A stretch of DNA of 64,000 nucleotides from Escherichia coli (GTDB taxonomy: Bacteria > Pseudomonadota > Gammaproteobacteria > Enterobacterales > Enterobacteriaceae): the NCBI RefSeq assembly GCF_044324875.1, contig NZ_CP172186.1, one strand, 5' to 3'. Under the pieces are notes generated by a model that made no database searches, was not told the DNA's origin, and saw only the letters and a program-made list of their open reading frames with translations. Made by a program: the position numbers and the translations under genes. Shown piece after piece: positions 30,515 to 38,920 of the stretch. Within the stretch, counting starts at the first letter, position 1; each line of letters starts with the position of its first letter.

Positions 30515-30888
30515 TGGCTGATGCGTCAAAACTTAGAACTAAAAGAACCCGTAGTGGGTTGGGGGTACCCCCGGGCCCCGACGAAGTGGCTACCAGCTTG
30601 AATGCGCCTGAGATAGCTCCGGCTGTCGCTGCCACTGATGTTCAGAGACAACAGGCAGACTCATCGCCAGTGCACCATGAGCCTGTGGTTACGCAAACTG
30701 TGACCGAGGTATATACCCGCCGCGATGGCCGTTCTGCCAGAAAAACAAACAGGACGCTGGCATTTGCAACACGTGTCACACCTGCTTTCGACCAAGAGAT
30801 CCGGGATATCGCAGAGCGTGAGGGGTTGAAACTGGTGGAAGTTCTGGAAAAAGCAGTTGAGGCATATAAGGAAAAACAGGGCTATTAA
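30514..30888 (+). CDS. Small centromere-binding protein, ParG/ParB-like (C-terminal RHH-like)
   Basis: 124 aa; translationally coupled to parA; basic N-terminus. Confidence 0.6.
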   Translation: MADASKLRTKRTRSGLGVPPGPDEVATSLNAPEIAPAVAATDVQRQQADSSPVHHEPVVTQTVTEVYTRRDGRSARKTNRTLAFATRVTPAFDQEIRDIAEREGLKLVEVLEKAVEAYKEKQGY

Positions 30889-30894
30889 TCCGGG

Positions 30895-31000
30895 ATGCAG
30901 CAATCTTGCTGCATTCTTTTTTTGTGTGCAATCTTGCAGCAAGATTTATGCTAGATAAATGCTAGATTGCTGCAAGATAAATGATATAATGCTCAAATTG
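30895..31000. repeat. Second cluster of the GCAATCTTGC-type repeats downstream of the ParA operon
   Basis: GCAGCAATCTTGCTGCA, GCAATCTTGCAGCAAGAT, GATTGCTGCAAGATAA. Confidence 0.55.
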
Positions 31001-31110
31001 AGTAGTTAACTGCCCCAGGTAAGTACGCAGCTTGAGTACTTACCTGTGGTTTATGAACGTATTTACTTAATGTGAGTAGTTATTGGGTGAAGATTAATAC
31101 TCAAATTGAG
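31000..31110. promoter_or_regulatory. parC-like repeats upstream of parM (ParR binding site / promoter)
   Basis: Repeated CTCAAATTGAGTA / GAGTAGTTA motifs in the 110 bp before parM. Confidence 0.5.
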
Positions 31111-31126
31111 TATAAATGGAGATGGT

Positions 31127-32101
31127 ATGAGAATTTTTTGCGATGATGGTTCTACAAATGTGAAACTTGCCTGGTTTGAAGGCAAGACGCTGAAAAGTGC
31201 GGTATCAGTGAACTCTTTTCGCCATAACTGGAAAGTCGAGGGCTTAGGCAGCAGTCGTACCTATAACTATTTGCTTGATGGCCGTAAATATACCTACGAC
31301 CCGGTCAGCGAAGATGCGATCAGCACGACTCATATTGAGTATCAGTACTCTGATACAAATGTGTTGGCAGTTCACCACGCATTACTGAACAGTGGAATTG
31401 AACCCCAGGAGATCGATCTCACCGTTACGTTACCTATCAGCGAGTTTTACACGGCCGACTGCCAGAAAAATACGCTTAACATTGAGAGAAAAATTCGCAA
31501 CCTGATGCGGGAAGTCACCCTGAACAAAGGGGGAACTTTTACCATTAAAAGCGTTGAAGTGATGCCTGAATCACTCCCGGCTGTATTTACTCGCCTAGTT
31601 GCTGACAATGTTGGTCAGTACGAAAAATCATTGGTTATCGATCTCGGTGGTACAACTCTGGATGTCGGGGTTATTGTTGGCCAGTTTGAGGATGTTTCGG
31701 CTGTACATGGTAATCCTGATATTGGTGTATCAATGGTCACGAAAGCCACGCTCACTGCACTGAAAATGGCCAGCAGTGATACCAGTCCAATGATTGCTGA
31801 CGAGTTGATCAAAAACAGGAAGAACCTGGATTTTGTGGGGCAGGTTGTAAATGAGGTTTCTAAACTAAATCTGGTGCTGGATACCATTGATACAGCGATA
31901 AATAAACTGGGCGAGCTAGTTGTTGATGATTTGCTGCAGTATCGAAACGTAAACCGCGTATATATTGTCGGAGGCGGGGCTGCACTCATTGCTGATGCTG
32001 TTCGTAAGGCATGGAACCACCTTGGCGAAAAGGTGGTTCTTATGGATGAACCTCAGACAGCGCTGGTCCAGGCTATTGCACGCTTCAAAGCGGAGGAGTA
32101 A
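31127..32101 (+). CDS. parM: ParM/StbA actin-like partition ATPase
   Basis: MRIFCDDGSTNVKLAWF... resembles R1 ParM MLVFIDDGSTNIKLQW...; 324 aa from ATG 31127. Confidence 0.85.
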   Translation: MRIFCDDGSTNVKLAWFEGKTLKSAVSVNSFRHNWKVEGLGSSRTYNYLLDGRKYTYDPVSEDAISTTHIEYQYSDTNVLAVHHALLNSGIEPQEIDLTVTLPISEFYTADCQKNTLNIERKIRNLMREVTLNKGGTFTIKSVEVMPESLPAVFTRLVADNVGQYEKSLVIDLGGTTLDVGVIVGQFEDVSAVHGNPDIGVSMVTKATLTALKMASSDTSPMIADELIKNRKNLDFVGQVVNEVSKLNLVLDTIDTAINKLGELVVDDLLQYRNVNRVYIVGGGAALIADAVRKAWNHLGEKVVLMDEPQTALVQAIARFKAEE

Positions 32102-32104
32102 TCG

Positions 32105-32497
32105 ATGTACGACGGCGAAGAAAGGAAAAAACTTTCACTCTACCTTCACCCGGAGGACTCTGCCGATTGTCTTGCACTGGCTGAAATCGAAACTGTTCCC
32201 CGGAAAAAACGGGGGGAGTTATATCGGCAGGCTTTGATAACCGGCCTGATAATGCATCAGCTTGATGAGAGAATTCCCGCCGTGTTAACCGCGCTATTCA
32301 CCAGAGAACTGAATGCGGATGAGGTCATTAGTCAGATTGCCAGGATAACAGGCTGGAAACCCTCCTCCGGTGATTTAAAAGAGGTACTGAAGGCGTTGGG
32401 AGGGCTTCAGAGTACAGTTTCACCAGAACTCTCTCAGGATGACGGTGAACAGGCCCGTCTGAAAGCGGCTAGGGTGAAGATGCAAAACCTAATCTAA
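32105..32497 (+). CDS. parR: ParR/StbB partition adaptor
   Basis: 130 aa immediately downstream of parM; N-terminal RHH-like region. Confidence 0.7.
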   Translation: MYDGEERKKLSLYLHPEDSADCLALAEIETVPRKKRGELYRQALITGLIMHQLDERIPAVLTALFTRELNADEVISQIARITGWKPSSGDLKEVLKALGGLQSTVSPELSQDDGEQARLKAARVKMQNLI

Positions 32498-32652
32498 AAA
32501 AGTCTCGCTCCGTGAAACCTGCAAAATTTCTCGGGGTGTGCGGCTTAATTTTTAGATTTCCGCGTTTCCCGTCATTTGAGTCAATGGAGTGCTGGTTGAC
32601 AGCTCCCTGCTCTGAAGGACGGGGATTCCCACATATGCAGCCAGATTTCCGG

Positions 32653-32760
32653 CTAGTGTGGTTTCAGACGTTGTTCGATTTCATTCTGTAGCGCCTGAAG
32701 TGTGCCTGATTTGAGGTTTTTTGTGCTCTGGCGGTCGAAAAGAATTTCAATGCGGATCAT
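32653..32760 (-). CDS. DinI-like small ORF (35 codons before an in-frame TAG)
   Basis: MIRIEILFDRQSTKNLKSGTLQALQNEIEQRLKPH*; SD AGGGAG 9 nt upstream; read-through would give ...MWESPS...; LexA box in promoter. Confidence 0.4.
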   Translation of the reverse strand: MIRIEILFDRQSTKNLKSGTLQALQNEIEQRLKPH

Positions 32761-32781
32761 GTTCTCATCTCCCTTTTATTT

Positions 32782-32801
32782 TACTGTGTATATATACAGT
32801 A
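32782..32801. promoter_or_regulatory. LexA (SOS) box overlapping a sigma70 promoter on the minus strand
   Basis: TACTGTGTATATATACAGTA (CTGT-N8-ACAG); -35 TTGACT (revcomp of 32825-32830) and -10 TAGAAT (32801-32806) with 18-bp spacer. Confidence 0.75.
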
Positions 32802-33153
32802 TTCTAATAACTGAATCCACACACAGTCAAATGTCATTGTTGTGACTAAAAAACGCTCAATTCTCTGAGAGTGTGGCTGTATGCCTGCTGTGGACTGCTG
32901 TGTCCAGCTTATCCACAGCATTTTGTGCACGGTTCTGTGGACAAAATACCTGGTTACCCAGGCCGTGCCGGCACGTTAACCGGGCTGCATCCGATGCAAG
33001 TGTGTCGCTGTCGCCGGCCTTCTCACCCGGTCACGTTTCGTCGTTCCTCCTCCACGAGCTGCGGCTTCGGGGCCGCACCTGCATTCGTATGCGGTCGCCC
33101 GGTTACAGGTGCGGCACGGCCTGATGGAGGCCGCATGTGAGAGGAGAATTCCC

Positions 33154-34080
33154 ATGCCAAACTGGTGCTCAAATCGTATGTATTTTTCTGGTGAACCGGC
33201 ACAGATTGCTGAGATTAAACGACTGGCCAGCGGTGCAGTCACACCGTTTTATCGCCGCGCCACAAATGAAGGTATTCAGCTGTTTCTGGCCGGAAGTGCC
33301 GGACTTCTGCAGACCACTGAAGATGTGCGGTTTGAACCATGTCCCGGACTGACGGCTGCCGGACGTGGCGTTGTATCGCCGGAGAATATCGCGTTCACCC
33401 GCTGGCTGACATACCTGCAGGACGGTGTACTGCTGGATGAGCAAAACTGCCTGATGCTGCATGAACTCTGGCTGCAGAGCGGTACTGGACAGCGTCGCTG
33501 GGAAGGATTACCGGACGATGTCAGGGATACCATCACCGCACTTTTCACCGCAAAAAGAGGTGACTGGTGTGGCTTCTGGAGTAACGAAGATGTATCGGTG
33601 TGGTGGAACCGTCTGTGTGACAACGTACTGCCGGAAAAAACCATGCCGTTTGACCTGCTGACGGTTCTGCCCACCCGCCTGGATGTTGAAGTGAATGGCT
33701 TTAACGGTGGTGTTCTGAACGGTGTTCCTTCTGCATATCACTGGTATACGGAACGGTATGGCGTGAAGTGGCCTGTGGGGTATGAGGTGAATATCAGTAA
33801 TCAGGGAGACAACTTCATTAAGGTGGATTTCGACACGCCGTGGTGTCAGCCGGAAAGCGACGTTATTGCAGAATTAAGCCGCCGTTTCAGCTGCACGCTG
33901 GAGCACTGGTATGCCGAACAGGGCTGTGATTTCTGTGGCTGGCAGTTGTATGAGCGCGGAGAGCTCGTTGATGTGCTGTGGGGGGAACTGGAATGGTCTT
34001 CCCCGACAGATGACGATGAGCTGCCGGAAGTCACCGGACCTGCGTGGATAGTCGACAATGTGGCGCATTATGGCGGATGA
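33154..34080 (+). CDS. Conserved leading-region protein of unknown function
   Basis: ATG 33154 with GAGGAG RBS; 308 aa; Cys/Trp-rich. Confidence 0.6.
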   Translation: MPNWCSNRMYFSGEPAQIAEIKRLASGAVTPFYRRATNEGIQLFLAGSAGLLQTTEDVRFEPCPGLTAAGRGVVSPENIAFTRWLTYLQDGVLLDEQNCLMLHELWLQSGTGQRRWEGLPDDVRDTITALFTAKRGDWCGFWSNEDVSVWWNRLCDNVLPEKTMPFDLLTVLPTRLDVEVNGFNGGVLNGVPSAYHWYTERYGVKWPVGYEVNISNQGDNFIKVDFDTPWCQPESDVIAELSRRFSCTLEHWYAEQGCDFCGWQLYERGELVDVLWGELEWSSPTDDDELPEVTGPAWIVDNVAHYGG

Positions 34081-34462
34081 AGTATGACGGAGACGGGCGG
34101 GCAACTGCCCGTTTCTTTTCCGGTAAAGGATGTCGCCATGCTCCTCTTTTTACTGCGCCGGCTGACGCGGCGCGGCATAAACGCTGCCTGTGGTCAGTGT
34201 CCCGCGTCCGGTGGGCACGGGACGGGCGCTTTTACCGCTCCCGGCTGGCGTCGGTGACAGTGTACGCCAGCCTGTCGCCCTTTTCTGATGAACGCCCTTC
34301 AAGCCGCTTTCGCGGCATAACCTTGCCGTCAAACAGACGACGGCTGCGGTATTCCACGGTCGGCCTGACCCGTTACCGGACGCGGTGAACAGCCCACAGG
34401 CAGCGGGGAACGGGCACCACAGGGGTGCCCTCCCGGTGCCCCCTGTAAGAGAAGGAGCTGTT

Positions 34463-35146
34463 ATGTCCCGTTTTATCCTGGGTGACTGCGTGCGTGTTAT
34501 GGCCACGATTCCTGATAACGCCATTGATTTCATATTAACCGATCCGCCATATCTCGTCGGTTTCCGTGACCGTTCCGGGCGCACCATTGCCGGTGACGTT
34601 AATGATGACTGGCTGCAACCGGCCTGTAATGAGATGTACCGCGTACTCAAAAAAGACGCGCTGATGGTCAGCTTCTACGGCTGGCACCGTATTGACCGCT
34701 TTATGGCGGCCTGGAAACGCGCCGGATTCAGCGTGGTTGGCCACCTGGTCTTCACCAAAAACTACACATCCAAATCTGCGTATGTCGCGTACCGCCACGA
34801 ATGCGCTTACATCCTGGCAAAGGGCAGTCCGGCCCGGCCCCGTAACCCGCTGCCGGATGTGCTGGGCTGGAAATATTCGGGCAACCGCCATCACCCGACG
34901 GAAAAGCCCGTTACCAGCCTGCAACCGCTGATTGAGAGCTTCACACATCCGAACGCGATTGTGCTGGATCCGTTTGCAGGCAGCGGTTCAACCTGCGTGG
35001 CCGCCCTTCAGTCCGGACGCCGGTATATCGGTATCGAGCTGCTTGAACAGTATCACCGTGCCGGACAGCAACGACTGGCCGCCGTGCAACGGGCCATGCA
35101 GCAGGGGGCCGCGAATGATAACTGGTTTATGCCGGAGGCTGCGTAA
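34463..35146 (+). CDS. Orphan DNA N6-adenine/N4-cytosine methyltransferase (beta class)
   Basis: DPPY motif (ILTDPPYL) preceding FAGSGS AdoMet motif; no adjacent restriction gene. Confidence 0.8.
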   Translation: MSRFILGDCVRVMATIPDNAIDFILTDPPYLVGFRDRSGRTIAGDVNDDWLQPACNEMYRVLKKDALMVSFYGWHRIDRFMAAWKRAGFSVVGHLVFTKNYTSKSAYVAYRHECAYILAKGSPARPRNPLPDVLGWKYSGNRHHPTEKPVTSLQPLIESFTHPNAIVLDPFAGSGSTCVAALQSGRRYIGIELLEQYHRAGQQRLAAVQRAMQQGAANDNWFMPEAA

Positions 35147-35368
35147 ATGAACTATGCCGGACACGAAAAACTTCGCGCCGACGTGGCGGAGGTGGCCAAT
35201 GCCATGTGCGACCTGCGTACAACCATGAATGAGATGGAGCGGCGGTACAGCTTTAATGCTGACACCCTGCCGGAACGTCTGGTGCGTCAGACGTTGTTTC
35301 GCGCAAACCGCCTCCTGATGGAGGCATATACCGAAATTCTGGAACTGGATTCCTGCTTCAAAGATTGA
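35147..35368 (+). CDS. Hypothetical protein
   Basis: 73 aa, translationally coupled to the methyltransferase gene. Confidence 0.5.
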   Translation: MNYAGHEKLRADVAEVANAMCDLRTTMNEMERRYSFNADTLPERLVRQTLFRANRLLMEAYTEILELDSCFKD

Positions 35369-35381
35369 GAAGGAGACGAGA

Positions 35382-35816
35382 ATGTACGGAACATGCGAAA
35401 CGCTATGCCGGGCGCTGGCAGCAAAGTATCCGGGAGATACGCCGCTGATGCTGGTTATCTGGTCCCCGGAAGAAATTCAGGCCCTCGCTGACGGAATGGA
35501 TATTTCCCTGTCCGATCATGAAATCAGGACTGTCCTGGCGCGGCTGGCGGACATCCCGGAAGACCAGCGGACTGAGTCCGGTATTTCTTCCGGCGTGGCG
35601 ATGGAGATTATCAGCAACGTGAGCGAAAACCGCCAGGTGACCGTCCCGGCTGAACTGCTGGCGTCCCTGATTCAGACCGCCGAACAGGCACTGTGGAAAC
35701 GTGAATGGGCCGCCCGTGATTACGGCCTCGCCGTCCCGGAATGCGTCACCCGCCGTCAGGCGGTGGTTAATCAGGCCCGCATCCTGCTGAAAAACAACCC
35801 ACACGAAAACGACTGA
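35382..35816 (+). CDS. Hypothetical leading-region protein (paralog of 37518-37937)
   Basis: 144 aa; shares MY.T....I..VL......P......V......D...A.D.......E....RL pattern with the ORF at 37518. Confidence 0.6.
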   Translation: MYGTCETLCRALAAKYPGDTPLMLVIWSPEEIQALADGMDISLSDHEIRTVLARLADIPEDQRTESGISSGVAMEIISNVSENRQVTVPAELLASLIQTAEQALWKREWAARDYGLAVPECVTRRQAVVNQARILLKNNPHEND

Positions 35817-35860
35817 TGTTATCGCCGCCTTCGGGCGGCGATTCAGGGAGACCATGAATC

Positions 35861-36631
35861 ATGAACAAAACGCTGAATGCACTGGTTTGTCACCACGCCC
35901 GTAACCTGCTGCTGGCGCAGGGCTGGCCGGAAGAGACGGATGTTGACCAGCGTAACCCGAAGTATCCGGGCTGGATCAGCATTTATGTTCTGCTGGATGC
36001 GCCCCGGCTGGCGACGTTACTTATCAACCGTCACGGCGGCGTACTGCCGCCGCTCCTGGCCTCCGCCATTCACAAACTGACCGGAACCGGGGCGGAAGTT
36101 GTACTGTCCGGCAGTCAGTGGCAGTCGCTGCCGGTACTTCCGGCAGACGGAACGCAGGTGTCTTTCCCGTATGCCGGAGAATGGCTGACCGAAGACGAAA
36201 TCAGGGCAGTTCTTGATGCAGTGCGCGATGCGGTACGCAGTGTCAGTTGCCGGGTGACAGAAGATGCGCGGCGTATCAGGGCGGCGCTGACCACAACCGG
36301 TCAGACGTTGCTGACCCGCCAGACGCGGCGCTTTCGCCTGGTTGTGAAGGAAAGCGATCACCCCTGCTGGCTCGATGAAGACGACGAAAACCTGCCCGTG
36401 GTGCTCGATGCCATCCTGAACCGGGGCGCTCGTTTTTCTTCGGTGGAAATGTATCTGGTCAGTGAGTGTGTGGAGCATATCCTGTCCAGTGGGCTGGCCT
36501 GCGATGTGCTGCGTATACCGGATGAACCGCCCCGCCGGTGGTTTGACCGTGGTGTTCTGCGGGAGGTGGTCCGGGAAGCCCGGGCCGAAATCCGCAGCAT
36601 GGCGGATGCCCTGGCAAAAATCCGGAAATGA
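35861..36631 (+). CDS. Hypothetical leading-region protein
   Basis: 256 aa ORF with coding-like composition. Confidence 0.55.
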   Translation: MNKTLNALVCHHARNLLLAQGWPEETDVDQRNPKYPGWISIYVLLDAPRLATLLINRHGGVLPPLLASAIHKLTGTGAEVVLSGSQWQSLPVLPADGTQVSFPYAGEWLTEDEIRAVLDAVRDAVRSVSCRVTEDARRIRAALTTTGQTLLTRQTRRFRLVVKESDHPCWLDEDDENLPVVLDAILNRGARFSSVEMYLVSECVEHILSSGLACDVLRIPDEPPRRWFDRGVLREVVREARAEIRSMADALAKIRK

Positions 36632-36690
36632 TGACGCTGGCGGGGAAAAATCTCCGCCTTTTCCAGCCGGTCCCCGGAAAGAGCAAAAGG

Positions 36691-37030
36691 ATGTCGCCGC
36701 AGGCTCCGCTTTACTCGGCCATGCGGGGCATGGCCTTGTGGGTTTTCAGTTATGTGGCCTCAGCGTCGTGTGCGGGCTGTGCCGTGCCTCCATCGTAGCC
36801 GGGCTTCTGCGGGCGGGTTGCAAGGTAAGGTGAACCGCTGCGGTCACCCGGTCCCTCCTTCCCGTCTGCCGTGATTTTCCGGTCGTTCACCCGCTCAGAT
36901 TTCGCGGTCTCACCCTCCAACTCCCGCCAGCCGTGTGCGTCAGGCTGCGGCTTCCCTTGCGCCCTTGCAACCCTGCAGGCCCGGCAAAGATGGAGGCACG
37001 GCACCGCCCGGTGTCGCGGAATATGTGAAC
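36691..37030 (+). repeat. GC-rich direct repeat family A, copy 1 (candidate single-strand promoter/ssi element upstream of klcA)
   Basis: About 340 bp, roughly 95 percent identical to 48927-49265; dense inverted repeats. Confidence 0.6.
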
Positions 37031-37045
37031 AACGGAGGAAATCCC

Positions 37046-37471
37046 ATGCAGTATGCGAAACCTGTCACCCTGAACGTTGAAGAGTGCGACCGCCTTTCTT
37101 TTCTGCCTTACCTGTTTGGCAACGATTTTCTGTATGCCGAGGCGTATGTGTACGCGCTGGCGCAAAAAATGATGCCGGAATATCAGGGAGGCTTCTGGCA
37201 TTTCATCCGCCTGCCGGACGGTGGCGGTTACATGATGCCGGATGGCGACCGTTTTCATCTGGTCAACGGTGAAAACTGGTTTGACCGCACTGTGAGTGCT
37301 GATGCCGCAGGCATCATTGTTACGTCTCTTGTGATTAACCGCCAGTTGTGGCTGTACCACGACAGCGGGGATGCGGGACTGACACACCTGTACCGGATGC
37401 GTGATGCGCAGTTGTGGCGTCACATCGAATTTCACCCCGAATGCAACGCGATTTACGCGGCACTGGACTGA
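37046..37471 (+). CDS. klcA: KlcA/ArdB-family antirestriction protein
   Basis: MQYAKPVTLNVEECDRLSFLPYLFGNDFLYAEAYVY...; ATG 37046 with GGAGGA RBS. Confidence 0.8.
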   Translation: MQYAKPVTLNVEECDRLSFLPYLFGNDFLYAEAYVYALAQKMMPEYQGGFWHFIRLPDGGGYMMPDGDRFHLVNGENWFDRTVSADAAGIIVTSLVINRQLWLYHDSGDAGLTHLYRMRDAQLWRHIEFHPECNAIYAALD

Positions 37472-37517
37472 TTAACGGACGGGGCGGCAATGCCGCCCCT
37501 GTAAAGGAGACGAGAAC

Positions 37518-37937
37518 ATGTACTGTACTGTTAAAGAAATTATCCGCGAAGTGCTGAATACAGACGTGCCGGACAGTGAATGTGTTTTTGCCGTGGTGCT
37601 GACCCGCGGGGATGTGCGCCACATAGCCCGGGACTGGAACCTGTCAGACGATGAGCTGGAAACCGTCATGCAGCGGCTGGACGATGCTTTTGTATATGGC
37701 GCATGTGACAGAGTTGTTTCCGATATTGTCAATGAACTGATGGAGGAAAAGCGCGTAAACCGTCTTGTAACAGTTCCTGCGGTGCTGCTGGAAAAAGTGA
37801 TGGTGATGGCTGGTAGTGAAATTTATCGCCTCCATGCTGTAGGGAGCGAGAACGGGGGCGACGGTGACGCATTTGTCAGGGAAGAACGTGAGATTATGCG
37901 GGTAATGCGTCAGGCGCTGGACGGGGAGAACGGGTAA
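37518..37937 (+). CDS. Hypothetical leading-region protein (paralog of 35382-35816)
   Basis: 139 aa. Confidence 0.6.
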   Translation: MYCTVKEIIREVLNTDVPDSECVFAVVLTRGDVRHIARDWNLSDDELETVMQRLDDAFVYGACDRVVSDIVNELMEEKRVNRLVTVPAVLLEKVMVMAGSEIYRLHAVGSENGGDGDAFVREEREIMRVMRQALDGENG

Positions 37938-38128
37938 TGAATATCAGCACGGAAACCCGCGAAATTCTGCGTAATTACAGGGCCGTGATTAATGCGCGGC
38001 GTCGTGAAATGGGGCAGAAACCGCTCACCACCGCGCAGATTGTTGATGAAATCTGTGATTTTGTGGCGAATCAGCAGGCGGTTTTCCTCGGTGGTCACTA
38101 TATCCTTCAGGGCAGCAGGCACAGGTGA
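37937..38128 (+). CDS. Hypothetical small protein
   Basis: 63 aa; start overlaps the previous stop (ATGA). Confidence 0.45.
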   Translation: MNISTETREILRNYRAVINARRREMGQKPLTTAQIVDEICDFVANQQAVFLGGHYILQGSRHR

Positions 38129-38299
38129 TACAGGGGCAGGCGGTGGAGGCCGCCTGTCAGCCCGCGCGAAAACCCCTGGCAGGCTGGCGCCTGCCGGAAG
38201 GGATGCGGGCCACGCTGGCGCGTCGCCCGTTACCCTTCCTGTTGGTGACAGGCGTTGTTTCAGGAAGTACCTGTTACAGACCTGTCGTTAAAGAACCTT

Positions 38300-38870
38300 C
38301 TTACACATGCGCCCCTTCGGCTCCCGGCTGCCTGGCGGCATCCGGTCGTCAGGCCCGACTCCGACAGGCAGCTGCTGGCGCACCCGCCAGTCTCCGCCGA
38401 ACCCGCTGGCGCGGTTTCGGGCTGTCGCTACGGTCCGATGCGTGAAAACCCGGGCTTGCAGCGACCGTTCCGGTCGCGCCGCCTCTGTCGCGCCGTGACC
38501 TGCGCTCCCTGCACACCTGACGGTGTGTGAGGAAACTGCGCCTGATGGCGCAGCAGTCCTCCCTCCTGCCGCCACCTCTGCGGCCTGTTTCCCGCTGTGG
38601 ACTTTCCGGGGGGCAGACGTAACCCCCTCCCGTTCCATCTGTCCAGGGTGAGATGCACCGGCCACAAAATTTTTAGCCATGAACCCGGCAAAAAATTTTG
38701 CGTCCGCCCCCGGACAGCTGCCCCGTGAGGCGGTAAACGGGCCCCCATCGGAAAGGTCCACTGCGGGGAGAAACCCCTGTGAAGTGGACGGCAGGAGGAG
38801 CTTTCGCTCCTCTGAAGGGGCACATGAACGTCCCGTCGCCGGTATCCGGTTTATCTCACATCTTTCAGTC
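38300..38870 (+). repeat. GC-rich direct repeat family B, copy 1 (upstream of ssb)
   Basis: Shares long near-identical blocks with 49960-50500 and 53020-53370 (e.g. CTTCGGCTCCCGGCTGCCTGGCGGCATCCGGTCGTC, GGAAAGGTCCACTGCGGGGAGAAACCCC). Confidence 0.6.
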
Positions 38871-38881
38871 AGGAGGTTCTT

Positions 38882-38920
38882 ATGAGTGCACGTGGTATCA
38901 ACAAGGTCATCCTCGTCGGG
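38882..38920 (+). CDS. ssb: ssb exon 1 (codons 1-13: MSARGINKVILVG)
   Basis: ATG 38882 preceded by AGGAGG; coding sequence interrupted by intron beginning GTGCG at 38921. Confidence 0.75.

Noticed and set aside
32500-32660. Possible hok/sok-type killer locus near the partition genes
   Set aside because: No small hydrophobic Hok-like ORF found; the small ORF here is hydrophilic and DinI-like.
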